Positions 7,087-18,311 of a stretch of DNA of 64,000 nt are shown in pieces. Source of the stretch: Gammaproteobacteria bacterium (GTDB lineage: Bacteria > Pseudomonadota > Gammaproteobacteria > SURF-13); the NCBI GenBank assembly GCA_030680605.1, contig JAUXUQ010000002.1, forward strand, positions 257,536 through 321,535. The letters run 5' to 3'. Position numbers and translations under genes: made by a program. The notes under the pieces are model-generated. The model did no database searches, was not told the origin of the DNA, and worked only from the letters and a program-made list of their open reading frames with translations. Every line of letters starts with the position of its first letter. Position 1 is the stretch's first letter.

Positions 7087-8646
7087 CTAAGGCGTGCGCG
7101 GCGCGCGGCGCAGGAATAGCGTCAGGCCTAACAGGGCGACGGTAACGAGGCCGAGGGCGAGCAGTGCCATAACAATATCGCGTACCCATTTGTCGGGGCC
7201 GAGCTTATCCAGGAAATGCCACTTGTGCAGGTTGTCGAAGGTCCAGTCTTCGACGGCGACAAAGGTGCTGTCCTGAAAGTGCCCGGCCAGTTGCCCGGTA
7301 GCGATCTCAACATAGTATCGATCGCGGGCTGGTGTAGCGTAATTCACGCGGTAGACGGGTAGCCGCTTGTAAAAGGCGCCATACTCGCCCGTATAGCGCA
7401 TGACGGGGGCTACGGACTCAATGAGGCTGTCTGGCAGTTCGCTGAAGACATCTGACAGGTAGCGGGCGTGTAGTGCCTCACCCTGCGCGAGGGTGGTTCC
7501 GTTGCGGGCGTCAATATAAACCACAGGGGTGTGCGGTGTGGGTGACTCGGTACTGTTTGTATGGTGCGCATCCGCGCTGTGATGTTGCAGGGCTGGCGCG
7601 ATCCGGTAATAGATACCCTGAGGCAGCCGCACGAGCGTGACATGATCGGCGGCGATGGCGTGGTTCTGCATGGCGCTGAAGCCTGCTGGTGTCAACGCTG
7701 TGGCGGGGAAATGGACGGGAATGGCGGGGGCTTGCGCCTGCCGGCGTTGTGCGTCGGTGAGGAGATGCAGCAGGCCGCTCATACTGAACATCAGCGCAGC
7801 GACGGCCACCGTGAGGCCGACCGTGCGATGGTGACGGCGTAGCCCGTGCGGGTTTGTTTGCATGCTGGATGTAGTTGCCCCTCTGCGCCAGAGAAAACCA
7901 TACAGCCACAGCCCGCTGCATGCGCTGATAAACGCCATGCCGACAATGCTCGCTGCAACGGTGACGCGCAGGGGTTCGTTGAAGGCGAGAAATTCCCAGT
8001 TATGCAACGCGCGAAACAAGTTCTGGAAAATGGCCTGACGGTCATCTACCAGCGTGCCCAGTCGTGATGCTTGCGTGTCTATATACGCGAGCATGCCGTC
8101 AGGGCGCTCGAACTCGACACGGTACACAGGCAGGAAACGGTTCACAAAGGTATAGTCGCCGCCAAACTGCGTGACTGGCTCGATGCGGAGGATGCGCGCC
8201 TGCTGGTCACCAAGATAATGGCGCGCGAGAAACTCCGCGTAGCGCTGATCGCCATCGGGAACAGCAGCGCCGGTTGCAGTCTCAAAATAGAGCACGCGGC
8301 CTGCGTGGTTAATTTGGTAGTAGCTCTTGCCGGCCCACAGCAGTGTACGGAATCCATTGATCCCGGTAAGCGAGTGCTGCGCCAATAACTGGTCTAGCGG
8401 TATGGCCTGCGTCAGTTCAACATGCTGGTCGGGCGGTGTATGCGTGGCCTGTTCGGGCTTGAGGCGCGACATGAACGGGTGGAGCACACCGCTCACGCCC
8501 CACATCAGTATCCCGAGGCAGGCGATGACGCCCAACCGGCGGTGCCAGCGAAATAATACGCCAGCAGCAGGTTTACGACCGCTGGATGCGAGACTGTTCA
8601 CTGGCTTACATCCGCCACTCAATGCCTGCGAACACCGATCTGCCAT
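7087..8646 (-). CDS. PepSY-associated TM helix domain protein (PiuB-like siderophore-uptake partner). Start uncertain: ATG at 8646 or GTG at 8601.
   Basis: Typical N-terminal ...FRWHRRLGVIACLGILMWGVSG TM helix, repeated YRVxF/PVY PepSY-like motifs, C-terminal TM helix. The longest ORF (to 8826) would overlap the upstream receptor by 220 bp. Confidence 0.8.
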   Translation of the reverse strand: MADRCSQALSGGCKPVNSLASSGRKPAAGVLFRWHRRLGVIACLGILMWGVSGVLHPFMSRLKPEQATHTPPDQHVELTQAIPLDQLLAQHSLTGINGFRTLLWAGKSYYQINHAGRVLYFETATGAAVPDGDQRYAEFLARHYLGDQQARILRIEPVTQFGGDYTFVNRFLPVYRVEFERPDGMLAYIDTQASRLGTLVDDRQAIFQNLFRALHNWEFLAFNEPLRVTVAASIVGMAFISACSGLWLYGFLWRRGATTSSMQTNPHGLRRHHRTVGLTVAVAALMFSMSGLLHLLTDAQRRQAQAPAIPVHFPATALTPAGFSAMQNHAIAADHVTLVRLPQGIYYRIAPALQHHSADAHHTNSTESPTPHTPVVYIDARNGTTLAQGEALHARYLSDVFSELPDSLIESVAPVMRYTGEYGAFYKRLPVYRVNYATPARDRYYVEIATGQLAGHFQDSTFVAVEDWTFDNLHKWHFLDKLGPDKWVRDIVMALLALGLVTVALLGLTLFLRRAPRTP

Positions 8647-10711
8647 CACCCGGCAGGAACTGGCGTGAGTCAGCCCCGGCCGCATTGGCAATGACGCCAG
8701 TGGTCGCCGCAGAGATTTCATCCGTGAGGTTCTTGCCCTCGACAAACCATGAAAATCCCTGCTTGGTGCGATAACCGAGTTTGAAACCCAGCAGTGCATA
8801 AGCATCGGCAAAGAGTGTGTTGGCATGGTCTACCGCATACTTCTGTGGCGACCATTCCACGTTGGGGCCAAAATAATGGCCATCAGGTGTGTTATAGATC
8901 AGGTCTGCACGGTAAAAATGCCTGGGGATGCCGGCCAAATCATTGTCCCTGTACACCGGGTCGTTGTGAAAGCGAAAATCGTTCCACAAGTAGGTCTGGC
9001 GCAGATTGAGCTTGTGCAGAAGCTGCACATTGAGACCGATTTCCACACCTTGGTGACGGGTGGATGCGGCATTAATCGTGCCGAGGGAGTTGCCGAGACT
9101 GTCGTTCAAGCTGAACAGTTCATCCTTGACCGAAGCCCGGTAGTAGGCGGCTTCCCAGTCCATGCCGTCATCGTGTCCGCGTGTGCCAATCTCCCAAGTA
9201 GTCGCCGTTTGCTCGCGCACCGCCGTTACTGTCGGGCCGCCGCTTAACTCACCGAAGCTCGGGGGTTCGAAGCTGCGGCTGACATTGGCAAACAGTTGCG
9301 CGGCGGGAGTAATTTCATAACGCGCGCCCAGCTTCGGGCTGAAGCCGGTGTAATCCTTGTCAACACTGTTATCCGTGCCGTCTGAGAGAAATTTGTCTTG
9401 CAGCTTGCGCGATGCATGCGACCATTGCGCTCCGGCAATGAGCGCCAGTCTGGGCTGCACATAGTGCTGATTCTCGGCGTATAGATCGAGATTGCTCGAT
9501 GTCTGTAGGCTTTCATTGGTGCGTGCTCCGCGTTGACCACCCACGTTCTGGAAGCGATCGTCTTCAGCGGTGCCGCGCGTCGGGCTGAACCCCACGGTCA
9601 GAATATTTTTCCGACTCATGAGCGGAGCCTCGGAGATATAACGCAGTTCCGCACCGTAATCCTGCGACACAATGTCCAGCACCTGGAAGATGGGATGGAA
9701 TAAATCCTTCCATGAGTAAAAAAAGGTTGCCTCAAGGCGTTGAGCCTGCCATTGATAAGTCGTTTTGTTTGAAACACGCATCAGCGTGAAATCACGTTTG
9801 AAGTTGTTTGTCACATTAGCGGTTGCGGATTGACGCGGATTGGCGTTCATTTCCGCCTTGGTCAGATTGCCGGGAAGCTCTGAGTCGGTGTTCACCAAGG
9901 CAACGTAGAATCGTGACTCCAGTTGATCCGTCAGCCAGCTGCCGTAATGCCCGAACAAACGCTGATTATTCTGCTGGGCGTGATCGCGGAAACCATCCTG
10001 AGAAAAATGTGATAAGGACACGTAGTAATCGGAGTCATCACGCACGCCGGAAAAACTCGCTTGTCCGCGCAGATAACCGAAGCTCCCGGCCTCCAGGCGC
10101 GCTTGTACCGGCGACGCATCGTAACCGGAAGGAGATACAAAATTGACCGCACCGCCTAATGTGGTGGAGCCGTAGGCCAACGCATTGGCTCCACGATAAA
10201 CCTCGATATAGCGCGCGCTGAGAGGTTCCACGGCCTGAAAATCGCCGCCGCCATCGGCCAGGTTAAGGGGTATACCGTCTTGGAGCAATTTGATCCCGCG
10301 CATATGGAAGGTACGCTGGATGCCGGAACCGCGTATCGACAAGCGCGCTTCTTCGGCGCCAAAGCGTGGTTGCACAAAGACGCCGGGCGCAAAACCCAAG
10401 GCATCCTGCAAAGTCGTAGCGCGCCCCGTTTTATAATCCTCAGCATCAACAATATTTGCCCCGCCGGGCGTGAGGGTAATGCGCTGACGCGCGATTTGCA
10501 GTGAGGGCAGGGTGAGCGTGGGTTCGCTTCCCAACCGGGATCCTGTGACGACGACCTCCGGCAACTGTGTAGCACCGGACAAACTATCGGTAGTATCAGT
10601 CGCCGCGACAGATGCCGCATATTCGGCATAGCTGTAGCCGGGTAAAATCAAGCAGGTGTGTATTATAATTACATGCAATAACCGGTTTCTCAGGGTATTC
10701 ATCTTGCGCAT
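8606..10711 (-). CDS. TonB-dependent outer-membrane receptor (siderophore/metal type)
   Basis: 701 aa. Signal peptide, TonB-box-like region, plug domain (RGANALAYGSTTLGGAVNF), 22-strand barrel region rich in aromatics. Paired with the downstream PepSY gene. Confidence 0.9.
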   Translation of the reverse strand: MRKMNTLRNRLLHVIIIHTCLILPGYSYAEYAASVAATDTTDSLSGATQLPEVVVTGSRLGSEPTLTLPSLQIARQRITLTPGGANIVDAEDYKTGRATTLQDALGFAPGVFVQPRFGAEEARLSIRGSGIQRTFHMRGIKLLQDGIPLNLADGGGDFQAVEPLSARYIEVYRGANALAYGSTTLGGAVNFVSPSGYDASPVQARLEAGSFGYLRGQASFSGVRDDSDYYVSLSHFSQDGFRDHAQQNNQRLFGHYGSWLTDQLESRFYVALVNTDSELPGNLTKAEMNANPRQSATANVTNNFKRDFTLMRVSNKTTYQWQAQRLEATFFYSWKDLFHPIFQVLDIVSQDYGAELRYISEAPLMSRKNILTVGFSPTRGTAEDDRFQNVGGQRGARTNESLQTSSNLDLYAENQHYVQPRLALIAGAQWSHASRKLQDKFLSDGTDNSVDKDYTGFSPKLGARYEITPAAQLFANVSRSFEPPSFGELSGGPTVTAVREQTATTWEIGTRGHDDGMDWEAAYYRASVKDELFSLNDSLGNSLGTINAASTRHQGVEIGLNVQLLHKLNLRQTYLWNDFRFHNDPVYRDNDLAGIPRHFYRADLIYNTPDGHYFGPNVEWSPQKYAVDHANTLFADAYALLGFKLGYRTKQGFSWFVEGKNLTDEISAATTGVIANAAGADSRQFLPGDGRSVFAGIEWRM

Positions 10712-10886
10712 GGATAACCTTGGATACCTTAACTTTGAAATAGATGTAAGCCTTGAATCCTAAAACAGATTAAGCCCATATAGAATGCGGTATAATGCCG
10801 CGCGACAATTTGCCGCAGGAGCAGGGTGGGGGATCGGCTGCTATACTTTGGCACCTTGATCGGGTGCCTGCGCCCATGAGTGAGAG

Positions 10887-12158
10887 ATGTTTGAAATGAA
10901 GCCAACCGCGGTTTCTCCAGCAGTGCCGCCAATGAACCTGCGACGGGTGCTGGTGCTCAAGAATATCGCCGTGGTCGGCCAGACGCTGGCGGTGCTGGTG
11001 GTGGCGCAAGGTTTGGGCATGCCACTGCCGTATGTGGTGATTGGCAGTGTGCTGCTGGCGCTCAATCTGTTCACCTGGCTGCGGCTCAGGTTCCCCTGGC
11101 CGGTGCGCGAGGCCGAGGTGTTTGCCCAGCTGCTGCTCGACGTGTTGCTGCTGAGCGGGTTGCTGTATCTCGCGGGTGGCGCCACCAATCCCTTTGTGCT
11201 GTTGTTTCTGTTGCCGCTTACCATCACCGCCGCTACGCTGTCGGCTGTCTATACGCTGCTGTTGGCGGTGGCGATCGTGGGCTGTTACACCCTGCTGATG
11301 TTTGTTTACATCCCGCTGCCGCATTTTCATATCACCTACGATGCCCGCTTCGACCCGAGCGCGTGGGGCATGTGGTTCGGTTTCGTGCTGGGCGTGGGGC
11401 TGGTCGCGTATTTTGTGGTGAAGATGGGTAACACGCTGCGCGAACGCGAGCGTATGCTGGCGGAGGTGCGCGAAAATGCGCTGCGTGACGAGCGTCTGGT
11501 AGCGCTCGGGGCGTTGGCAGTAGGGGCAGCGCACGAGCTGGGTACGCCGCTGGGCACTATGGCAATAGTGCTGAAAGAGCTGGAACATGAATATGCACAG
11601 CAACCTGAGCTGACGGACAAACTTCGTTTGCTGCGGGATCAGGTCGCCCGCTGCAAGGGCACAATCTCCAGCATGCTTTCTTCCACCGAGCAGGCGCGGG
11701 CGGAAAGTGGCTACAGTGTGGCGATCGACACCTATCTGGAAGATCTGCTTGCGCAATGGCGTTGTGTGCGCCCGGCGGCGCAGTTGAGTTATCACTGGGG
11801 AAGTCCGACTCCCGCGCCGCAGATAGTGGCTGAGCAGGCGTTCGGACAGATCATCACCAACCTCCTCAACAACGCCGCTGATGCCTCGGAGCACAGCGTC
11901 GAGGTCGAGGCGAGCTGTGATGACGGGCAGTTAAAGGTTGACGTGCTGGATCGTGGCGCCGGATTGACGCCAATGGTACAGGCCCATGCAGGGGAACTGT
12001 TCTTTACCAGCAGGGAAAGTGGCCAGGGACTCGGACTGTTTCTGGTAAAGGCGGTTTTACGCCGTTTTGGCGGCGCGCTTACACTGTCGAACCGTGACGG
12101 TGGCGGCGCTTGTGCCGAGGTTACCGTGCCGCTGGCGCGGCTGCGCGCAACCGCATAG
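10887..12158 (+). CDS. regB: Redox-responsive sensor histidine kinase RegB/PrrB
   Basis: Six TM helices. H-box AAHELGTPLG. Redox-box GGATNPF with downstream Cys. HATPase_c motifs. Followed by its cognate regulator. Confidence 0.8.
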   Translation: MFEMKPTAVSPAVPPMNLRRVLVLKNIAVVGQTLAVLVVAQGLGMPLPYVVIGSVLLALNLFTWLRLRFPWPVREAEVFAQLLLDVLLLSGLLYLAGGATNPFVLLFLLPLTITAATLSAVYTLLLAVAIVGCYTLLMFVYIPLPHFHITYDARFDPSAWGMWFGFVLGVGLVAYFVVKMGNTLRERERMLAEVRENALRDERLVALGALAVGAAHELGTPLGTMAIVLKELEHEYAQQPELTDKLRLLRDQVARCKGTISSMLSSTEQARAESGYSVAIDTYLEDLLAQWRCVRPAAQLSYHWGSPTPAPQIVAEQAFGQIITNLLNNAADASEHSVEVEASCDDGQLKVDVLDRGAGLTPMVQAHAGELFFTSRESGQGLGLFLVKAVLRRFGGALTLSNRDGGGACAEVTVPLARLRATA

Positions 12159-12184
12159 CTATGGCCTGTGCCGAGCCGGAAAAC

Positions 12185-12727
12185 ATGTCACCCAGCAAGT
12201 TGCTGCTGGTTGATGACGACGTTACATTTTGCAAGGTGCTGGAGCAGGCATTGTGCAGGCGCGGCTTTGTGGTGAGTGTGGCGCATAACGTGGATGAGGC
12301 GAAACTGCTGCTTGCGCAGGTACTGCCCGGTTATGCAGTGATCGACCTCAAGATGCCCGGACCGTCCGGGCTGGCGCTGGTCGCATATTTCAAACAGCAG
12401 GTTCCGGCTGCGCGGATAGTGGTGCTTACCGGCTATGCGAGTATTGCGACCGCCGTAGAGGCCGTGAAACTGGGCGCGACCCAGTATCTGGCCAAACCCG
12501 CCGATGCGGATGAAATTGTCGCGGCGTTTGGTCACCAGCCCGGCACCAAAGATACGGAGGTTGCGATGCGACCCATGTCCGTGGAGCGGCTGGAGTGGGA
12601 GCATCTGCAGAAGGTGCTTGCCGAGTGCGACGGCAACATCTCAGCTGCCGCCCGCACGCTGGGCATGCACCGGCGTACGTTGCAACGCAAGCTGCAGAAG
12701 CGTCCATCTCCACAACGCAGCAACTAG
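12185..12727 (+). CDS. regA: Response regulator RegA/PrrA/ActR (REC domain + Fis-type HTH)
   Basis: LLLVDDD receiver start. C-terminal ...[22 protein letters not shown] Fis-type HTH. Confidence 0.8.
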   Translation: MSPSKLLLVDDDVTFCKVLEQALCRRGFVVSVAHNVDEAKLLLAQVLPGYAVIDLKMPGPSGLALVAYFKQQVPAARIVVLTGYASIATAVEAVKLGATQYLAKPADADEIVAAFGHQPGTKDTEVAMRPMSVERLEWEHLQKVLAECDGNISAAARTLGMHRRTLQRKLQKRPSPQRSN

Positions 12728-13647
12728 CTGCCGCCGAGTGCCTCCTGGTAGTCTGTTACCTGCTCCTGCGTGAGCAGAAACACACCACCACCACCATGTT
12801 CGAATTCGGGCCACACGAACGGCACATCCGGAAAGGACTCCAGCAGCGCCTGCTCGCTGTTACCGACTTCGACCACCAGAATGCCGCCCGGGTTGAGGTG
12901 GCGGTGTGCCTGGCGCAGGATGCGGCGTACGATGTCGAGACCATCCTTGCCCGCTGTGAGGCCGAGTGACGGCTCGTGATGGAATTCCGCCGGCAGTGCC
13001 GCCATGTCGGCAGCATCGACATAAGGCGGGTTGCTGATGATGATGTCGTAGGTTCTATCCTCGAGTGCGTCGAAGACATCAGAGAGCACGTCATGGACAC
13101 GGTCGCTGACGCCATGGCGTGCGATGTTGATGGCAGTGACTTCAAGCGCGGCGGTCGAGATGTCGGTGGCATCGACAACCGCGTGTGGAAATGCATAGGC
13201 GCAGGCAATGGCGATGCAGCCGCTGCCGGTGCAGAGATCCAGGATTTGGTGTACCGCTGACGCGTCGATCCAGGGTGCAAACTGGTGTTCAACGAGTTCG
13301 GCGATGGGTGAGCGCGGCACCAGCACGCGCTCATCGATGTAAAAGTTCAGGCCCGCGAACCAGGCCTCATGTATAAGATAGGGGGCGGGCAGGCGCTCGT
13401 CAATACGCCGCATAAGCAAGTCCACGACCGTCTGTTTCTCTCGCTGCGTGAGGGTGGCGAGCAGGGCGTCAGGCGGTGCCCCATACGGCAGGTGGAGCGC
13501 GTGCAGCACCAGGCTCGCGGCTTCATCCACGGCATTATCCGTGCCGTGGCCGAAATGCAGGCCGGCCTCATTGAAGCGGCTGGCACCCCAGCGGATGAAG
13601 TCGCGCGGGCTGTGCAGTTCCTCGACGGCTTCTTGTGGGCTGCTCAT
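12724..13647 (-). CDS. prmB: 50S ribosomal protein L3 N5-glutamine methyltransferase PrmB
   Basis: SAM-dependent methyltransferase fold ([12 protein letters not shown]) and NPPY motif. N-terminal PrmB-specific domain. Confidence 0.85.
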   Translation of the reverse strand: MSSPQEAVEELHSPRDFIRWGASRFNEAGLHFGHGTDNAVDEAASLVLHALHLPYGAPPDALLATLTQREKQTVVDLLMRRIDERLPAPYLIHEAWFAGLNFYIDERVLVPRSPIAELVEHQFAPWIDASAVHQILDLCTGSGCIAIACAYAFPHAVVDATDISTAALEVTAINIARHGVSDRVHDVLSDVFDALEDRTYDIIISNPPYVDAADMAALPAEFHHEPSLGLTAGKDGLDIVRRILRQAHRHLNPGGILVVEVGNSEQALLESFPDVPFVWPEFEHGGGGVFLLTQEQVTDYQEALGGS

Positions 13648-14369
13648 GCGCGGAACGGCAACTGACTGAGCATGAAACCGTGTGCGTCGTGTGTGAGTAC
13701 ACTGCCTTGCTCGTACCAGTCGCCGAGTACGATGCGGCGCACCGGCTCGCCATCCAGCGTGAAATCATGCATGGCGGGGCGGTGTGTGTGACCGTGAATC
13801 ATCAGATTGACATGGTGGTCGCGCATGACATGTTCGACCGTCTGTTGGTTCACATCCATGATCTGCTCTGGTTTTTCGCGCGTTCTCATCTGCGATTCAT
13901 CGCGCAGGTGCTGGGCAATCTCGCGCCGTTGCGACAGGGGCTGGGCAAGAAACTTCTGTTGCCATTGTGGATCGCGCACGGTAACGCGAAACTCCTGATA
14001 TTCGAGGTCGTCAGTGCATAGCGTGTCGCCGTGCATGATGAGGGCGGGTATGCCGTCGAGATCAATCACGCTCGGGTCAGGCAGCAGCCGGCATCCGGTG
14101 TGACGCTCGAACTCGGTACCGATCAGGAAGTCTCGGTTACCGTGCAACAGGAAGACCGGTGTGCCTTTGCTCACGCACGCGTGTAGCGCTTGGGTAATTT
14201 CGCTGTGAAAGTCACTCGTGTCGTCATCACCCAGCCAGGCCTCGAACAGGTCACCAAGGATGTACAAAGGGCCTGCATTACGGGCATCCTGCTCCAGAAA
14301 GCGTATGAATCGCCGGGCAGGCACGGGGCGCTGCTCGCACAGGTGCAGATCAGAGATGAATAGCGTCAT
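13644..14369 (-). CDS. lpxH: UDP-2,3-diacylglucosamine hydrolase LpxH
   Basis: Calcineurin-like metallophosphoesterase motifs DLHL, GDLFE, GNRD. 241 aa. Confidence 0.85.
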   Translation of the reverse strand: MTLFISDLHLCEQRPVPARRFIRFLEQDARNAGPLYILGDLFEAWLGDDDTSDFHSEITQALHACVSKGTPVFLLHGNRDFLIGTEFERHTGCRLLPDPSVIDLDGIPALIMHGDTLCTDDLEYQEFRVTVRDPQWQQKFLAQPLSQRREIAQHLRDESQMRTREKPEQIMDVNQQTVEHVMRDHHVNLMIHGHTHRPAMHDFTLDGEPVRRIVLGDWYEQGSVLTHDAHGFMLSQLPFRA

Positions 14370-14430
14370 GGGGAGGTTGCGCTGATCCCGCGCATTTGCG
14401 CGGGATCAGCGCAAGTGCTGCGGCAGCCGG

Positions 14431-15105
14431 TTATTTGTTATTCTGACTGGTTTTTGCACCTGTGGCGCGGTTAGGTTCTGCGGTGGTTTCTGCTTCAAGC
14501 TGTGCCGTCATCAGTGCTGACGGCGGCACAAGGCTCGCCTGAGTGATCAGGATAGGCGACTGGGGAACATCCTCCGGAAACGGGCCGCCCTTTCCGGTAG
14601 CGGACTGGCCGATGCGGTCCACCACGTCCATGCCCTGCACGACCTTGCCGAATACGGCATAGCCCCAGTAGCCCGGCGTAGGTGCATGATGGTTGAGGTG
14701 AATATTATCGCTGAGATTAATGAAAAACTGGTTGGTCGCAGAATCATGATCTTTGTTGCGTGCCATGGCTACCGTGCCGCGTTTGTTCAGGAGACCATTG
14801 GTGGCCTCAGTGGGGATGGGGCTGTGTGTGGGGCGTTGCTCGAAGTCGGACGTGAAACAGCCGCCCTGGACCACGAAGTCGCCAATCACGCGGTGAAAGA
14901 TGGTGCCGTTATAGCCGCCTTCGCGCACATAGGTCAGAAAATTCTCGACGGATTTGGGCGCGCTGGCGCTGTCGAGTTCGATCAGGATGTCACCCTGGCT
15001 GGTCTGGATACGCACATAAGAGGGTGTGGCTTCCCCAGCCTGGGTGTAGACCCCGGTGGAGGCAAGCAATGCAGCGAGAACCAGGGCTGTGAACGAATGT
15101 CTCAT
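14431..15105 (-). CDS. ppiA: Periplasmic cyclophilin-type peptidyl-prolyl cis-trans isomerase (PpiA-like) with a C-terminal extension
   Basis: Signal peptide and cyclophilin core (FHRVIGDFVVQGG, GTVAMAR, GYAVFGKVVQGMDVVD). Confidence 0.85.
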   Translation of the reverse strand: MRHSFTALVLAALLASTGVYTQAGEATPSYVRIQTSQGDILIELDSASAPKSVENFLTYVREGGYNGTIFHRVIGDFVVQGGCFTSDFEQRPTHSPIPTEATNGLLNKRGTVAMARNKDHDSATNQFFINLSDNIHLNHHAPTPGYWGYAVFGKVVQGMDVVDRIGQSATGKGGPFPEDVPQSPILITQASLVPPSALMTAQLEAETTAEPNRATGAKTSQNNK

Positions 15106-15220
15106 GGCACGGTACTCCTTTGGTTTACTCCCGGTATGGTATCCGGTAATCATAATCCGTCTCAGCCCGGATGGAAAGACCCTGCATTTTTGTTAGTATG
15201 TCAGGCCAAAATGACAAAAC

Positions 15221-16626
15221 GCATGAAAACACGTTTCGCACCCAGCCCGAGTGGATTTCTGCATATCGGTAACACCCGTATTGCGCTCTTCTGTGCGTTG
15301 CTTGCGCGACACACGGGCGGTATTTTTCTGTTGCGGATTGAAGACACTGACCGCGAACGCTGCGAAACACGCTATATCGAGGCGATTGAGGAGGATTTGC
15401 ACTGGCTCGGGCTTGATTGGCAGGAGGGTCCGTGCGCAGGGGGTGCGAATGGCCCTTATATGCAGTCTGAGCGTACGGCCATCTATCAGGAGTATTTTGA
15501 GCGCCTGGAGATAGCCGCACGGGTGTACCCCTGCTTTTGCAGTGCGCAGGAGCTTGCGCTGTCGCGCAAGGCGCAGATGCAAGTGGGCAAGCCACCACGC
15601 TATGCCGGCACCTGTGCGGAGCTTGCGCCAGAGCTGATCAGGGCGAAACTCGCCAAAGGCGAATTACCCACATTACGCTTTCGTGTGCCGCGCGGCGAAC
15701 AGGTGGAATTTGAGGACATGGTGCGCGGCCCACAGCGTTTCGCAAGCGATGACATCGGCGACTTTATCGTCCGCCGGGCCGACGGTACGGCAGCGTTTTT
15801 CTTCAGCAATGCAGTGGATGACGCCTTGATGCAGGTGACCCATGTGTTGCGTGGCGAAGACCATCTCACCAATACGCCGCGTCAAATCCTGCTGCTGCGT
15901 GCGCTGGGTCTGCGGATACCCCAGTACGGACATTTGTCTCTGATCGTAGGCGCCGACGGCACGCCCCTGTCCAAGCGCCATGGCAGCAGTAGCGTGCGCG
16001 AGTTGCGGGATGCGGGCTATTTCGCGACAGCGGTGACCAACTACCTCGCGCGACTGGGACATCACTATACAATAGACGGCCTGCTGAACCTGAATGCGCT
16101 GGCTGCAGGATTTCATGTGGATAAACTGGGGCGCGCGCCGGTGCATTTCGACAGCGTGCAACTGCGGCACTGGCAACAACAGGCGGTTGCACATGTCGAC
16201 GCAGATGTCCTCGGGTGCTGGATGGGTGCTGAGGTGCAGGCACTGGTGCCAGAGTCGCAGAGGCAGGATTTCATCGAGGCCGTGCGGCCCAATATCGAAC
16301 TGCCGCCGGACGCCCTGCTGTGGGCGCGTATCCTGTACCACGACCCGCTGGAGTTGAGTCCGGCGGCACGTGCCGTCATAGGGCAAGCCGGAACACGCTT
16401 CTTCGAGCACGCGATGCGTGCGCTGGAGCAGCAGCCGCAGGACTTCAAGGCGCTCGCGCAGATGTTGAAGGCCGCCACGGGCGCGAACGGAAAGGCGCTC
16501 TATCAGCCGTTGCGCGCGGCACTCAGCGGCGAACTCGACGGGCCTGAGATGGTGCGACTGTTGCCGCTGATGGGCGCGGAGCGCGCCCGTAACCGTCTTG
16601 AAGCGGCACTGATTATTAAAAAGTAG
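15221..16626 (+). CDS. gltX: Glutamate--tRNA ligase
   Basis: Class I aaRS N-terminus RFAPSPSGFLHIGNTR, KMSKS-type (LSKRHG), ~468 aa with an anticodon-binding C-domain. The ORF-track start at 14686 is an artefactual extension. Confidence 0.9.
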
Positions 16627-16654
16627 GGTGGGAATGCCTGTTTTCTGCAAATAC

Positions 16655-16734
16655 TCAACGCAAAGTCGCCAAGACGCAGAGAACACCAAATTTATGTTAA
16701 TAAAAATCTTTGCGTCTTGGCGACTTTGCGTTGA
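16655..16734. repeat. Perfect 24-bp inverted repeat (TCAACGCAAAGTCGCCAAGACGCA ... reverse complement) with ~30-nt AT-rich loop between gltX and cysS; REP-like or terminator
   Basis: Read directly. A related motif ACGCAAAGNCGCCA.GACGCA recurs at 51232-51260. Confidence 0.6.
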
Positions 16735-16786
16735 AGTTTTTAATCAAGCATTATGGCCTCGATGCGAAGACATGTGACTGCGTTTT

Positions 16787-18172
16787 ATGCTGCATATTCA
16801 TAACAGCCTCACCAGGGTCAAAGAGCCGTTTGCCCCCATCACGCCCGGCAAGGTGCGCCTCTATGTCTGCGGCATGACGGTCTATGACTACTGTCATCTG
16901 GGGCATGCGCGGGTGCTGGTGGTGTTTGATACCGTGGTGCGCTACCTGCGCAGCCAGGGTTATGACGTGACGTATGTGCGCAATATCACCGATATCGACG
17001 ACAAGATCATCCGGCGAGCGCAGGAGAATGGCGAGGCCATCGACACCCTGACAGAACGTTTTATCCAGGCAATGAATGAGGATGCGGACAAGCTGGGCGT
17101 GAAGCGCCCCGATGCAGAGCCGCGCGCCACCCAGCACATTGCTGACATCGTCGGATTGATTGCTGCACTGGTGAAGAACGGCTACGCCTATCAGGCAGAC
17201 AATGGCGATGTCTATTACGCGGTGAGCAAGTTCAAGCAGTACGGCAAACTGTCAGGTAAACACCTGGAAGACCTGCGCGCAGGCGCGCGGGTAGGAATCG
17301 AGGAGGCCAAGCACGATCCGCTGGATTTCGTGTTGTGGAAGGCCGCCAAGCCGAATGAGCCATTCTGGGATTCACCCTGGGGCCGCGGCCGCCCCGGCTG
17401 GCACATCGAATGCTCCGCCATGTCCATGCACTGCCTGGGTGAGCACTTTGATATTCATGGTGGCGGCCTGGACCTGATGTTTCCGCATCATGAAAATGAA
17501 ATCGCCCAGTCCGAAGGCGCCAGCGGCCACAAATTCGTCAATGTGTGGATGCACAACGGCTTTGTGCGTGTAGATGATGAGAAGATGTCGAAATCGCTCG
17601 GCAATTTCTTTACCGTGCGCGAGGTTTTGAAGCACTATCATCCCGAGGAGATACGTTACTTTATCCTGTCCAGTCACTACCGTGGCCCGCTGAATTATTC
17701 CAGTGAGCACCTGGACAATGCACGGGCTGCGCTTACGCGGCTGTATACGGCATTGCGTGGGTTGTCTGAGACTGAGGCTGACGACAGTGGTGAGTATGGT
17801 GTGCGTTTCCGCGCCGCCATGGAGGATGATTTCAATACCCCGGTAGCGTTTGCCGTGCTGTTTGATCTGGTGCGCGATATCAACAAGGCGCGCGCGCATG
17901 ACATGACGCAAGCGGCGCGACTGGCGATGACCTTGCGCCATCTGGGCGCGATCCTCGGTCTGTTACAGGCCGATGCGGAACTGTATCTTCAGGCCGGTGC
18001 GCCGAAACACGGCGAGTTGTCGCAGGACGAGGTCGAACGGCTTATTACCGAGCGTGACAGTGCGCGTATGCACAGCAACTGGGCAGAATCCGACCGCCTG
18101 CGTAACTTATTGGGTCAGAATAATATTATTCTGGAAGACAGCGCCAGCGGCACCACTTGGCGCCGCAAATAG
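16787..18172 (+). CDS. cysS: Cysteine--tRNA ligase
   Basis: HLGHAR (HIGH) motif, KMSKS, zinc-binding Cys residues. 461 aa. Confidence 0.92.
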   Translation: MLHIHNSLTRVKEPFAPITPGKVRLYVCGMTVYDYCHLGHARVLVVFDTVVRYLRSQGYDVTYVRNITDIDDKIIRRAQENGEAIDTLTERFIQAMNEDADKLGVKRPDAEPRATQHIADIVGLIAALVKNGYAYQADNGDVYYAVSKFKQYGKLSGKHLEDLRAGARVGIEEAKHDPLDFVLWKAAKPNEPFWDSPWGRGRPGWHIECSAMSMHCLGEHFDIHGGGLDLMFPHHENEIAQSEGASGHKFVNVWMHNGFVRVDDEKMSKSLGNFFTVREVLKHYHPEEIRYFILSSHYRGPLNYSSEHLDNARAALTRLYTALRGLSETEADDSGEYGVRFRAAMEDDFNTPVAFAVLFDLVRDINKARAHDMTQAARLAMTLRHLGAILGLLQADAELYLQAGAPKHGELSQDEVERLITERDSARMHSNWAESDRLRNLLGQNNIILEDSASGTTWRRK

Positions 18173-18311
18173 CCCGATGGCGTGACACCGGGGCACCATC
18201 CGGGCGGATTCCATGCGCAACGTAGTGTTTTATAATGCATTACTTTACTTCCCGGTAAGGCAGAGTGTAGGATTGATGCACTCGCCCAAACGGCAACCCT
18301 GAAGGCTCGCT

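Noticed and set aside
10712-10886. Fur box upstream of the TonB-dependent receptor
   Set aside because: No 19-bp GATAATGATAATCATTATC-like sequence could be found by eye on either strand.
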